NCBI GenBank assembly: GCA_965277285.1
Contig: OZ255721.1
Span: forward strand, 2,976,001-3,040,000
From: Abditibacteriaceae bacterium
GTDB lineage: Bacteria; Armatimonadota; Abditibacteriia; Abditibacteriales; Abditibacteriaceae
Reading direction: 5' to 3'
DNA: 64,000 nucleotides
A program made the position numbers and the translations under genes. This document shows, piece by piece, positions 1-9,848 of this stretch. Each line of letters starts with the position of its first letter. Position 1 is the stretch's first letter. The notes beneath the pieces were generated by a model, which searched no databases, had not been told where the DNA came from, and worked only from the letters and a program-made list of their open reading frames with translations.

Positions 1-426
1 TTCGGCACCCGCTTTTTCGACGGATTGAAGCAAGGCGTCTAAAACGGCGCGACCGGAATTAGCGACGGGAAAGTATTTGCCCATTTCCGGTTCAAGGTTG
101 AGCGGCACGCCAATCGAATCGAAAAAGCGGTGCGTGTCCTGTGCGCTGAAAGAACGCAAAATGCGCGCGACAAAACTCTTCGCGCCACGATCTGCGCTCG
201 TCGTATGAAAACGCGTCGCATCGACTTGCTCGTTGGTGACATTGCAGCGCCCGCCGCCCGCCACCAAAATCTTGGCGCCAATCTTCGGGCGCGAATCGAG
301 TACTCGAATGCGCGCGTTTGTCACACCTTCTTTGCGAAATCGTTCGCCGCACGCAATAGCGGCCATGAGACCCGCAGCGCCAGCGCCAAGAATGAGGACA
401 TCGAAGTTATTGGTTTGTGAAATCAC
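1..426 (-). CDS. HI0933/BaiN-family NAD(P)/FAD-dependent oxidoreductase, 5' part (runs off the window)
   Basis: Not in the ORF track. My minus-strand translation from GTG at 426 gives FDVLILGAGAAGLMAA...KIGAKILVAGGGRCNVTN, a GxGxxG motif plus the family GGGRCN motif. The frame is open to position 1. Confidence 0.85.
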   Translation of the reverse strand, partial: MISQTNNFDVLILGAGAAGLMAAIACGERFRKEGVTNARIRVLDSRPKIGAKILVAGGGRCNVTNEQVDATRFHTTSADRGAKSFVARILRSFSAQDTHRFFDSIGVPLNLEPEMGKYFPVANSGRAVLDALLQSVEKAGAE

Positions 427-598
427 GGTTGGAAGACGAAATCTGCGCGGCTGCGTTGTCGCAAAGCAATGAGCGCAAGACGAACAACGCGAAACTATTC
501 ACGATTGTCTATAGTGACCAAACGTAGTCACTTTGTGGAAGCGAGGAACGAAAGTAAGCCATAGGGTGCAGCGTTTTCTGTGTCGATGTTAATTGCTA

Positions 599-877
599 CT
601 ACTCAATCGGATCAGATTCGGAAACAGCTATTAGCGAAGCTGAGTCTGCTGAAGCGGCGATGCTAATAACTGGATATAACTGAGATAAATGTTCTTCGAG
701 TTCACTTGCCAAAGCCAAGAGGGCTGCATCCGTAGGGTCGGCGTCTTCTGGACGAACGTTTAAGTCCCGTTCAACTTCATCTTCTGCAAAAGTGTATTCC
801 ATCTCAAATGAACAAAACACTTTGAACGTGTAACTGTACTCAGTTTTTGAGCTTTGCTTCTCGTCATTGTTTTCCAT
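599..877 (-). CDS. Hypothetical acidic protein
   Basis: 92-aa ATG ORF in an AT-rich block, directly downstream of the HNH-like gene. Confidence 0.55.
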   Translation of the reverse strand: MENNDEKQSSKTEYSYTFKVFCSFEMEYTFAEDEVERDLNVRPEDADPTDAALLALASELEEHLSQLYPVISIAASADSASLIAVSESDPIE

Positions 878-881
878 CTTT

Positions 882-1708
882 TTATAGCTCCATTAACAGT
901 CTTTTCGCGTTTAGTGTCATTCTCTCTTTTACAATTGGCGTGATAAATTTGCTGCGCTTAACAGACAGCAAAAAAGCGGCAATGTGTCTTTTGTTATCTA
1001 CCGACAGGAGAATCTCTCGGTAAAGACTTCTGAATTCCTGATTGATTGCAACGTTGGCTGCGTGATATGGAAGCAATTGTTGCATCATATTGAGTATGAA
1101 CTCATAAGACGGAGCTTCACGGAGACGAAGAAGTTGCTTTTGGTCTTTGAATAAGAGTGACGGAACCAGTTTTCTGTTTTCCAAACTCGGCATCCCCTCA
1201 AGTTGGGTTACCTTCTTCCATGCTTTAATTGCATTAAATGAGGCTTTTGCTTGATATATGTTATCTCTTTTTCGGTCGTTTTCAGATAAAGATGATGGGT
1301 CATGCAGCCATTGCAGCCCAAGTCCAAGCCTCCAAATAGCTCTATTGAAGTACCAGTCTGAATAGTGGATGTCGGTAAACCTCCGCCATCGTTCCGATAG
1401 TTCAGCAGGAACTATGTCATGCACCAAAAATAATGTGGTGTGGGTAGGCCTGCATTATACAGATAAATATTGGCACCTACATTTGTGCCTTTATTGTAGT
1501 TATAAAGCCAAGATGAGCACACCCCATTCTCTAACGTTGAAGTGCCTCCCTTTGAAAGTGGCATTATGTGGTCAGCCCAATCGATCATATATGTGCCAGC
1601 AACTCCACCGTCAAGCAGCCATAAATTTTTGCCAGAAAACGCACAGGTGGCCAAATCATTCGCATAGATTTGTGCCTTTTGTATATCAGTAAAATTATCT
1701 CTTGCCAT
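882..1708 (-). pseudogene. HNH endonuclease-domain gene, frameshifted near 1425-1430
   Basis: ORF 1412-1768 has DHIMPLSKGG...N...NYNKG (HNH motif). It overlaps ORF 882-1427, and one extra T in the T5 run joins them (PHYF-LVHDIVP). Start placed at MARDNF (1708). Confidence 0.65.
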
Positions 1709-1851
1709 TGCTTGTATCATAGTCGCTAATTCTGTTTTAATTGCAGCAGAACGACCAAGCTCATTCAACGCTAAAACGGAGCGTGAAAATTAAGGAACAA
1801 AGAAAACGAACTTGCAGGTCCGCTATCACCTTGCTATGTTTTCGCCCTGCT

Positions 1852-2202
1852 TCAAAACGGCTTGAACCAAACGGGCTGGCCAGGATTTTTAGGTGCCTTG
1901 TTCTTTGGCAACCGCTCTGGTTCGATGAGATGCCACTCATAATTCCCATCATCGTTTTGCTCATCTGAACATTTTTTGATGATGACAGTGCCGATTAAAA
2001 CGCCTCTTGGCAAATCTTCAGGTTCTATTTTTACCTTTTTCCACGCTTCTTCCGAGACAGCAAACTGTTTGCTGGCGTAAATGTAAACTCGCTCACCAAT
2101 GATGTTCGTGCGAATTGAGCGGTATTCAATTTTCTTTTTGCCCTGCATAATGAGTTCAGCATATGGCTGCCGAACGCTTAAAGCCCTTGTTGTTTTTGCC
2201 AT
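1852..2202 (-). CDS. ASCH domain protein
   Basis: ALSVRQPYAELIMQGKKKIEYRS matches the ASCH GxKxxExR motif. The likely start is MAKTT at 2202. Confidence 0.85.
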   Translation of the reverse strand: MAKTTRALSVRQPYAELIMQGKKKIEYRSIRTNIIGERVYIYASKQFAVSEEAWKKVKIEPEDLPRGVLIGTVIIKKCSDEQNDDGNYEWHLIEPERLPKNKAPKNPGQPVWFKPF

Positions 2203-2385
2203 TTCATCTTTCCTTTTGTTCCGTTCAAAATTATGACACACCGAAAAGCTATGCGTTACTGCACAATATCGGAGTGTAGCTCGACCAGTCCCGCACCAAT
2301 TTAGATCGAAAATAACACAGTGCAGCCGCCGCACTTTCCTGTGACAACAACTCAATCAAGCACACTATTGAAAATACCGTAATGC

Positions 2386-2423
2386 AAAACGCCGCGCCCG
2401 ATTTCTCAGGCGCGGCGTTTTTT
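2386..2423 (-). terminator. Rho-independent terminator after gap
   Basis: AAAACGCCGCGCC...GGCGCGGCGTTTT hairpin with A/T tails. Confidence 0.75.
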
Positions 2424-2450
2424 GCAACATCGAGTACTCGATGTTACGGC

Positions 2451-3467
2451 TTACAAGCCTTTGCTGACCATGAAGTTGATCAGGTCGGCGACGCGGCAGG
2501 AATAGCCCCATTCGTTGTCGTACCAGCTCAAGACTTTCAGCATGTTGTCGCCCATCGTCATCGTCGAAAGCGCATCGACAATCGACGAACGGCTGTCGCC
2601 TTTGTAATCGACGCTGACCAAAGGCTCGTCCGAAACGCCTAAAATGCCTTTCATCGGGCCATCGGCGGCAGCTTGAAACGCAGCGTTGGCGGCTTCGACC
2701 GAAACGCTTTTGCTGGTGTTGACAACCAGATCGACAATCGAAACCGTCGGCGTCGGGACGCGCATGGCGCCGCCGTTCAACTTGCCTTTGAGTTCGGGAA
2801 TGACCAGCGAAATCGCTTTGGCCGCGCCCGTGCTCGAGGGAATGATCGACTGCGCGGCACCGCGCGCGCGACGCAAATCTTCGTGAACCTGGTCGGCGAT
2901 TTTCTGATCGTTGGTGTAACTGTGAACCGTCGTCATAAAGCCGTTTTCGATGCCGAACGAGTCCAAAATGACTTTGGCAATCGGCGCCAGACAGTTGGTG
3001 GTGCAGCTCGCGTTCGACACGATGTTGTGCTTCGACGGATCGTAAAGTTCGCTGTTGACGCCCAGGGCCAGTGTCGCGTCTTCGTTTTTGGCGGGCGCGG
3101 AAATGATGACTTTCTTGGCGCCGCCGCTGTCGATGTGGGCGCGCGCTTTGTTGGCGTCGGTAAAGAAGCCGGTCGATTCGACAACGATGTCGGCGCCGAC
3201 ATCGCTCCAGCGCAAGTTCGCCGGATCGCGTTCCTTGAAGACTTTGACGTTTTTGCCGTTGACGACGAAACCTTCGTCCGTCACTTCGACGGTGCCGGGG
3301 AAATGGCCGTAATTGCTGTCGTGCTTCAACAAAAAGGCGTTGGTCTTGGGGTCTGAAAGATCGTTGATGGCGACGACTTCGATGCTGTCGCCGTACTTTT
3401 CTGTGATGGCGCGAAAGGTGATGCGCCCGATGCGTCCAAATCCGTTAATGCCGACTTTGACTGCCAT
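2451..3467 (-). CDS. gap: Type I glyceraldehyde-3-phosphate dehydrogenase
   Basis: [22 protein letters not shown] active site, WYDNEWGYS. Confidence 0.98.
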   Translation of the reverse strand: MAVKVGINGFGRIGRITFRAITEKYGDSIEVVAINDLSDPKTNAFLLKHDSNYGHFPGTVEVTDEGFVVNGKNVKVFKERDPANLRWSDVGADIVVESTGFFTDANKARAHIDSGGAKKVIISAPAKNEDATLALGVNSELYDPSKHNIVSNASCTTNCLAPIAKVILDSFGIENGFMTTVHSYTNDQKIADQVHEDLRRARGAAQSIIPSSTGAAKAISLVIPELKGKLNGGAMRVPTPTVSIVDLVVNTSKSVSVEAANAAFQAAADGPMKGILGVSDEPLVSVDYKGDSRSSIVDALSTMTMGDNMLKVLSWYDNEWGYSCRVADLINFMVSKGL

Positions 3468-3828
3468 AAGAGAAAAACTCCTCGTTAAGTTATCGCCGCA
3501 CAGTATAGCAAAAGACGTTTAATGGGCATCCACGAAATGGCGGAGCGTTATCGAGTACTCGAAAGAAGAAAGAACCGCCAAGACGCCGAGGCGCCAGGAG
3601 AAGATGAAGAAATCGGCCTGGCTCATGTTATAATTTACGGTTATTCGAGACGTTGCCAAAACGTGAAGAAGCCGAAATTATTGGCGCGAAGAAACGCCAT
3701 TACAGCGAGCACCAAAGAGCGGAGAACTTTATCATTCGAGGCCATTTCATAGATAAATTACCACTCCAACTGTTCATTGTGCCATTCTGAGTGCGTGCGG
3801 AGAAAGTCGGAAAATGCCATCAAATTCG

Positions 3829-3904
3829 CACTTTGTCATTCTGAGCAAAGCGAAGAATCTGACTTCGGGTTTAGATTCTTCGCTTTGCTCAGAATGACAA
3901 AGTG
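3829..3904. repeat. REP-like palindrome family A (GTCATTCTGAGC..GCGAAGAATCT)
   Basis: 32-bp perfect stem (3829-3860 / 3873-3904). Related copies are at about 25370, 29558 and 37071. Confidence 0.9.
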
Positions 3905-3959
3905 TTCAGTTACAGCCTTTGGTTGTCTTTATTAGGTTAGTTGTCGTGTCATTCACGTT

Positions 3960-5276
3960 ATGAACAAGCCAAACCAAGCCGCTTCGCCGGAAGTTTCGCC
4001 GCTTTCTTGGCGCTTTCTCCTTAGCCTTTTCTCTTTTGCTCTCGTTGTGCGCGTTCTGTACATCCTGTTTGCGACTGATAATACGACACTTGGCACTTGG
4101 GCCGATTCGGGTGCCAACATCGCTTTGAGCTTGTTGCACGGCAAAGGCTACGTTAGCTCATGGGAAGTATGTCGCAACTTTCAATCGTTTCGCACGCCAG
4201 TTTTACCGTTTACGCTTTATGCTGTCTGGGCGATTTTCGGTTACAGCATCGTGCTGGCGAAATTATTGATGGCGCTTTTGTCGGCTTTGACATGTGTGAT
4301 TCTGGCGTTGCTGGCGAACCGTTTGTTCGACACTCGCGTGGGTTGGACGACGGGCATAATGGCGGCACTTTGCACCAGTTTCATTCGCTGGAGCGGGACG
4401 TTGGGCGCCGAAACGCTGGCTTTGTTTTTCCTGGTCGCGGGTGTTTACGCGTTTTTGCCGTCGCTGCAAACATCACTGTCGCCACAATCTTCGCAGGCGT
4501 TGCAACCGTCGCAGTCGGCTTCGTTGCGGCGTTTTCTGCTGAGCGGGCTGATGTTTGGTCTTTTGTGCCTGACGCGTCCTTTGTGGCTGCCTTATGTCGC
4601 GCTGACCGCTTTATCTTTCGTCATCGCGCGACGCGACTCACGCGGTTTGAAGCAAGCGACTGCGACGTGCGTTGTGGTGGCTCTGGTGATGTTGCCGTGG
4701 GTGGTGCGCAACACGCTGATTCATCGCACATTGGTTGTCGCTTCCACCGAAGGCGGAATCGCTTTTTTGGAAGCCAATAACCCAATTTCGTTCAAAGGCA
4801 AGGGCGATTGGGCGATGCACTTTGCGGCCAATCAGCGCGATGTGCAACGCGCCTCGCGGGTTTTGCCCGAAGCCGCACTCGACCGTTTTATGTTGCACAA
4901 GGGAATGCAGTACATTGCTGCCGATCCCGCCGATTTTGCGCGCGTCTATTTGCTGCGATTGGGCTATTTATGGCGCCCTGTGCCACCGCCGCAACTGGCT
5001 GGCGATTTATCGCACAAACACATTCTCTGGTTGATAATCTGGTGGGGAACGCTTTCCACGTTAATGGTCGTCGCTTTCTTTCTGTATCGCCCGTGGCGCA
5101 TGGCCGAACATTGGCCGCTGCTGTTGGTGTTGTTGTGGGGTAGTTTGGTGATTCCCACGTTTTCCAGCCAGCTTCGTTATCGCGCGCCACTGGAGCCTTT
5201 CATTTTGCTGTATGGCGTAGCGGGCGGCTTTGCTTTATACGATTTTTGGCGTCGCAGAAAAGCGGCTTCGCGTTAA
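3960..5276 (+). CDS. ArnT/PMT-like (GT-C fold) membrane glycosyltransferase
   Basis: Multi-TM 438 aa with FRTPVLP, ETLALF, LTRP, PWVVRN and RYRAPLEP motifs typical of GT39/PMT_2 proteins. Confidence 0.8.
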   Translation: MNKPNQAASPEVSPLSWRFLLSLFSFALVVRVLYILFATDNTTLGTWADSGANIALSLLHGKGYVSSWEVCRNFQSFRTPVLPFTLYAVWAIFGYSIVLAKLLMALLSALTCVILALLANRLFDTRVGWTTGIMAALCTSFIRWSGTLGAETLALFFLVAGVYAFLPSLQTSLSPQSSQALQPSQSASLRRFLLSGLMFGLLCLTRPLWLPYVALTALSFVIARRDSRGLKQATATCVVVALVMLPWVVRNTLIHRTLVVASTEGGIAFLEANNPISFKGKGDWAMHFAANQRDVQRASRVLPEAALDRFMLHKGMQYIAADPADFARVYLLRLGYLWRPVPPPQLAGDLSHKHILWLIIWWGTLSTLMVVAFFLYRPWRMAEHWPLLLVLLWGSLVIPTFSSQLRYRAPLEPFILLYGVAGGFALYDFWRRRKAASR

Positions 5277-5293
5277 AACGACAATCAATGCAG

Positions 5294-5327
5294 AAGCGCC
5301 GCTATCGAGTACTCAACAGCGGCGCTT
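5294..5327. terminator. Hairpin between convergent genes, with a palindrome variant as its apex
   Basis: AAGCGCCGCT-ATCGAGTACTCAAC-AGCGGCGCTT. Confidence 0.6.
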
Positions 5328-5404
5328 TGGTGTTTGGCATGTTTTATGTTTGGCTTGGTAGCCGTGTCTGGTAACGATTTGCTGGCGTCGCACCGCGACG
5401 TGTT

Positions 5405-6238
5405 TCACAAGGCAATTCCAATTTCCTGCGCCACCGAACGCACATATTGAGCGGCCAGCGAATATTCGTTCTCGTTGGGCAAATGTTCCAGCAGCAGCGT
5501 GACGTCGGGGTCGACTTTGTTCAATTCCGCCAGAAAAACGCGATAATCCAAACCGCCCAAGCCGGGGCGCACTTCATCCAGATGAACGGTTAGGTGCGTG
5601 CCAAGCGCGATGTCTTTGCCATGACAGCTTTTGACGTATGGTCCCAGCTTGGCGAAACATTCGCGGATGAAATCGGCGTTGCGGAAAAAGCGCTGCGGGC
5701 TGTTCATCATGTTGGCCGGATCGAGATGAACGCCCAGCATCGGGCGGTCGATGGCCTGCAACAAACGCAAATAGTTGTCGGGCGAATCGGGGAAAATCCA
5801 CGGCATCGTTTCCAGCACATAGAAAGCGCGCTTGGGCTGCACCGCGTCGATGATGCCGCGCACGCTTTCTACGATCATGTCGAAGGTTTCCTCACTCATG
5901 TTATTGGGATGCGGCCCATCCCACTGCGTGCTGCGCGAACCGGCGATGTTGACGCAACACCGCGCGCCAAGACGCTCGGCCAGGTCAAGCGATTGGGTGC
6001 ATTTTTCAACGGCGCGCCGTCGCTCTTGCTCGTCGGGCGACAAAGGATTGCTCCACGCGCCCACTTCGGCAATGGCGATGTCGGCTTGCGCGGCGGCCTT
6101 GCCCCACAGTCGCACTTCATCGTCGGGCGTTTGCAGCGAAGCCGGACACAACGCCGCCCGATAACCTTGCTTTTGCACCGCTTGCACCCATAATTCGGGC
6201 GTCGAACAATCATCGAAAACAGGAGCGCCAAAACGCAT
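5405..6238 (-). CDS. Sugar phosphate isomerase/epimerase (xylose isomerase-like TIM barrel)
   Basis: LETMPW, HLDPAN, HGKD, PGLGGLDY and LLEH metal-binding pattern. Confidence 0.85.
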   Translation of the reverse strand: MRFGAPVFDDCSTPELWVQAVQKQGYRAALCPASLQTPDDEVRLWGKAAAQADIAIAEVGAWSNPLSPDEQERRRAVEKCTQSLDLAERLGARCCVNIAGSRSTQWDGPHPNNMSEETFDMIVESVRGIIDAVQPKRAFYVLETMPWIFPDSPDNYLRLLQAIDRPMLGVHLDPANMMNSPQRFFRNADFIRECFAKLGPYVKSCHGKDIALGTHLTVHLDEVRPGLGGLDYRVFLAELNKVDPDVTLLLEHLPNENEYSLAAQYVRSVAQEIGIAL

Positions 6239-6284
6239 AATGGTTCCTTATCGAGTACTCGATTCAGCTTTCATGAATCATTTT

Positions 6285-6695
6285 TTAGGCACTGTTCGCA
6301 ACTATTAGTTCTTGTTCGTCACTTACTTCTTGCAGAGTGAACTGGCGTTGGTTCGCAAATGTGAATGTCAGTTCGCTCAAGGGGATTTTCTGATTGAGAT
6401 GAACTTCGGTGACGATAAGACCAATGAGTTCCTGGGTTTCTTTTGGCTCAATAATTTTGTAAAGATAATCTTTTTCTCTGTATGTGAACGCTTCTTCATG
6501 TAGAAAATCCGGCGGAGCGTTTTCTCTCCAAAATAAAACGCCAGCATCAAAGAAAATACGGTGCCAGACGCCATTGTCCATTTGCATGAAAAGCACATTG
6601 CAAGGCGCGACTAATTGCTTGTCGAGCCAAAATTGCTTGACGCGAATTGCTGTGCAGCATTGTCCAACAATGTTTTTAATGGTGTCCATTTGCAA
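6285..6695 (-). CDS. Hypothetical protein
   Basis: 136-aa ORF in operon orientation between yvcK and the isomerase, with lower GC. Confidence 0.55.
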   Translation of the reverse strand: MQMDTIKNIVGQCCTAIRVKQFWLDKQLVAPCNVLFMQMDNGVWHRIFFDAGVLFWRENAPPDFLHEEAFTYREKDYLYKIIEPKETQELIGLIVTEVHLNQKIPLSELTFTFANQRQFTLQEVSDEQELIVANSA

Positions 6696-6704
6696 ATCGG
6701 AACT

Positions 6705-8237
6705 TTACATTCTCGCGGCTAAACGGAAAATCGTGGCGGCGAGTTTTTGTGGATCGTGGCGCACCAGGTTGGTGATGTTAACGAAGTTGCCGTGCATTGG
6801 GCGCACGCCCAGCATCGCAATGGCGTCCTCGTCCGGCTCGACGTATTCGGCGCCCGTCGCACGATAGCGTTCGAGTACTCGTTCGTCCACATGACCGTTA
6901 TTGACCAAAGCATGAGTAATAACGCCTTGCCCGATATGGCGAATAATCGCTTTGACGTGATCGGAGGCTTTGAAACCAGACGTTTCGCCGGGCTGCGTCA
7001 TCACGTTGCAAACATAGATTTTCGGCGCGTCCGCCTGGCGAATCGCTTCGGTTATTTCGGGCACCAATAGGTTGGGAATGATCGACGTGAAAAGCGAACC
7101 TGGCCCGATAATAATCACGTCGGCAGCCTTGATCGCTTCCAGGACACCGGGCAAAGCGCGCGGCGCAGATGGAATCAAAAACGCTTCATAGATGCCGCGC
7201 GCTTTGTTGACACGGCTTTGCCCGATCACTTCCGTCCCGTCTTCCAGGCGCGCGCCCAAGCGCACATCGTCCAAAGTCGAAGGCAAAACTTGCCCGCGAA
7301 TGGCCAGTACGCGACTGGTTTGCCGGACGGCCTGCTCGAAATCGCCGCCCGTCATTTCGGTCATAGCAGCGACGACGAGGTTGCCAAACGAGTGGCCTTT
7401 GAGCGCGCCCATGCCTTCAAAACGGTGCTGAAAAAGTTCGGTCATCAACGGTTCGGCTTCGGCGAGTGCGGCCATGCAGTTGCGCAAATCGCCCGGTGGC
7501 AGCATTCCGCTTTCGCGCAAAATGCCGGACGAACCGCCGTCATCGGCCATCGTGACAACCGCTGTAATGTTCGACGAATACTCTTTGAGGCCGCGCAGCA
7601 TCGTCGAAAGTCCCGTCCCGCCGCCCAGCGCAACAACCGCTTCGCCCTGCGTCAAGCGGCGTTTATGAAGCGCCGCGCCCAGAAAATCTTTGCCCTGCGG
7701 CGCATTGGCGAAAGCGCGTTCGACGGCTTTCAAAGTGCCGCGCAAACCGACGACGACGCAAATCACGCCGCCGGTGAGAAGAGCGATTCCCACCGCGACC
7801 GGATCGACCGAATAACCCAACGGCGCGAACGATTCGGTGATGTATAAACCGGCGTTTACCGAAAGATAAGCCGTCGCCAACGATGCGCCCAAACCCGCCG
7901 CCAGCAAACCCAGCAGCGCCAGCAAACCCCAGCGTTTGATGCCAAGTCCAAAAGTCAGCCATTGCACGGCGCGCCAGTCGCGTGCGCGAGACGGCCAATC
8001 GGCCAAAGCGTCACGCGATTTGTCGAGTGTTGAGTCTAATTTCGCACGGTCGCGCGAAGGTTCGGTCATCGCTTGCGTTTTCGGTGAGGAGAAAGCGGAC
8101 GCGTCAGGAGAAAGTGGCGAATCTAAATTTTGCGAATCCGAGTCGGCGAGAACGGTTTGCACGGTTTGCGTGGCAGATCGAGTACTCGAAAGAGCGTTAT
8201 CTTCTTCGGGCGAAACATTTGGCGACAAAGGCTTCAT
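6705..8237 (-). CDS. yvcK: YvcK/GlmR (UPF0052) gluconeogenesis/cell-wall factor with N-terminal TM segments
   Basis: ALGGGTGLS, DDGGSSG, PPGDLRN, GPGSLFTS, NVMTQPGET, RHDP. The start may be downstream of 8237. Confidence 0.92.
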   Translation of the reverse strand: MKPLSPNVSPEEDNALSSTRSATQTVQTVLADSDSQNLDSPLSPDASAFSSPKTQAMTEPSRDRAKLDSTLDKSRDALADWPSRARDWRAVQWLTFGLGIKRWGLLALLGLLAAGLGASLATAYLSVNAGLYITESFAPLGYSVDPVAVGIALLTGGVICVVVGLRGTLKAVERAFANAPQGKDFLGAALHKRRLTQGEAVVALGGGTGLSTMLRGLKEYSSNITAVVTMADDGGSSGILRESGMLPPGDLRNCMAALAEAEPLMTELFQHRFEGMGALKGHSFGNLVVAAMTEMTGGDFEQAVRQTSRVLAIRGQVLPSTLDDVRLGARLEDGTEVIGQSRVNKARGIYEAFLIPSAPRALPGVLEAIKAADVIIIGPGSLFTSIIPNLLVPEITEAIRQADAPKIYVCNVMTQPGETSGFKASDHVKAIIRHIGQGVITHALVNNGHVDERVLERYRATGAEYVEPDEDAIAMLGVRPMHGNFVNITNLVRHDPQKLAATIFRLAARM

Positions 8238-9226
8238 GACGCATCACGCTCCGCTTCGGAACGTGGCGCATCGCTTTGTGGCGCATCGTTTTCAGGCGCC
8301 GTCGGCGATGAGGTTTGAGAATGCCGCGCGCGATTAATGTCGCGGTGCGTGGCGCCAGCGCGAAAGCCCAAACTGCGGAGGTGCGCCGCAAGCCAGTTGG
8401 TTAAAGCCACGCTGCGATGGCGCCCGCCGGTACAGCCAATAGCCATCGAAAGATAAGCTTTGCCCTCGCGCTCGAATTGCGGCAGACAAAACTCCAGAAA
8501 ATCGCGCAAATGCTGTTGATATTGCTGCGTCACGGGTTCGCGCAAAACGTAGTCGATGATGGGTTGATCCAACCCGCTGAGGTGCCCGATGTCGGGATCG
8601 TAGTTCGGGTTGGGCAGAAAGCGCACATCGAAAACCAGATCTGCATCGGACGGCGCGCCATATTTGAAACCGAAACTTTCGATTTGCACCAGCATCTGCG
8701 CGCTGCTGTTGTCGCCATTGGCATCGGAAACAAAAGTTTTCTCGATGATTTGTCGCAGTTCGCGCGGCGTAACGTGGCTGGTGTTGACGATTTTATCGGC
8801 GCGTTCGCGCAAGGGAATCAAAGCCTCGCGTTCAGTCGCAATCGCCTGACTTAAATCGCCATATTGATCGGACAAAGGATGCTTGCGGCGCGTTTCCTTG
8901 AAGCGTTGAATCAGGCGGTCGTCATCGGTTTCTAAAAACAAAAGCTGCGGCGCAAAACCGTTTTCGCGCATTGTTTGCAAAGCGCCTTGCACTTCCTCGA
9001 CGACAAGCGGATGCGCCGTCGCTTGCGCCGCGCTGCGTACATCGGCGACCACAGCCGCACGTTTGATGTCGTTGCGCGCGCACCATTCGGCGAAAACTGG
9101 AATCAGCGCGGGCGGCAGATTATCGACGCAGCGAAACCCGAAGTCCTCGAAATAGCCAGTTGCCAGCGCCTTGCCCGCGCCCGACAAACCCGTGATAAGA
9201 ATGAACTGCAAATCGGAAGAAGACAT
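8234..9226 (-). CDS. rapZ: RNase adapter RapZ (YvcJ) P-loop protein
   Basis: ITGLSGAGK, VDNLP, FGFKYG, FDVRFLPNP, IGCTGGRHRSV. Start MSSSD at 9226. Confidence 0.95.
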   Translation of the reverse strand: MSSSDLQFILITGLSGAGKALATGYFEDFGFRCVDNLPPALIPVFAEWCARNDIKRAAVVADVRSAAQATAHPLVVEEVQGALQTMRENGFAPQLLFLETDDDRLIQRFKETRRKHPLSDQYGDLSQAIATEREALIPLRERADKIVNTSHVTPRELRQIIEKTFVSDANGDNSSAQMLVQIESFGFKYGAPSDADLVFDVRFLPNPNYDPDIGHLSGLDQPIIDYVLREPVTQQYQQHLRDFLEFCLPQFEREGKAYLSMAIGCTGGRHRSVALTNWLAAHLRSLGFRAGATHRDINRARHSQTSSPTAPENDAPQSDAPRSEAERDAS

Positions 9227-9278
9227 CGAGTACTCGAAATGGGGCAGAGTGTTGTGGAAGCGGAAAATCAAGAGTGTA

Positions 9279-9306
9279 GTAGGGGCGCAGCATGCTGCGT
9301 CCCTAC
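9279..9306. repeat. GTAG-type REP (family E)
   Basis: GTAGGGGCGCAGCATGCTGCGTCCCTAC. Relatives are at 21674-21753, 22337-22426 and 56992-57020. Confidence 0.8.
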
Positions 9307-9360
9307 ATTTGAATTGCTTGCGTTCAAGTCGCAAGACTTTTGCAAAGTGCATCAGTGTGC

Positions 9361-9753
9361 TCAGCGTCGCTGGTCGCGTTGCGGGTCGCTGCGTGTTAAC
9401 ACAGTCGCCAGCGCGTTGACAATCGCCAAGGCGAGCGCGCCCCACAAAGCGGGCATAAAACTTTTCACAACGAAACCGGGCACCAGTTGTCCCGCGACGT
9501 AAAACATCAGGCCACTGATGAGCCACGACAAAACCAGGCTCCACAAACCCAGCGTCAGGCAGCTCAGCAAACACGTCATGCCGCCCGCAATCGCTTCCAA
9601 AATCGGCTTGACCACCGCGTTCGCCAAGCCAATTGCCAACGCCGCCAAAAGCGCCGCCACAAAACCTTTCACCACAATTTGCCCGTGACTGAGACCCGCG
9701 ATCACCAGAAGAGTGAAGGCGCTGACGGCGGTGCGAATCAGAAATCCAATCAT
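9361..9753 (-). CDS. Phage holin family 4 / YvlD-like membrane protein
   Basis: 4-TM protein with LANAVVKPIL...LTLGL...VPGF..F.PALWGA pattern. Confidence 0.8.
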   Translation of the reverse strand: MIGFLIRTAVSAFTLLVIAGLSHGQIVVKGFVAALLAALAIGLANAVVKPILEAIAGGMTCLLSCLTLGLWSLVLSWLISGLMFYVAGQLVPGFVVKSFMPALWGALALAIVNALATVLTRSDPQRDQRR

Positions 9754-9848
9754 AACTGAGCGAAATTATACAACGTGCGCCGCCTTATCGAGTACTCGAT
9801 TGCAGAACTCGGGTTGCAGAGGACTGAATCTCTGTCCGGCGCTTGGTG

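Noticed and set aside
9227..9574. N-terminal extensions of RapZ (and similarly MutL, PurB and HD-GYP) in the ORF track
   Set aside because: The extensions run through REP elements or neighbouring genes, and downstream starts match the family N-termini.
9361..9753. Prophage signalled by a holin-family gene
   Set aside because: YvlD-like proteins are common chromosomal neighbours of uvr/rapZ genes, and no phage genes are nearby.
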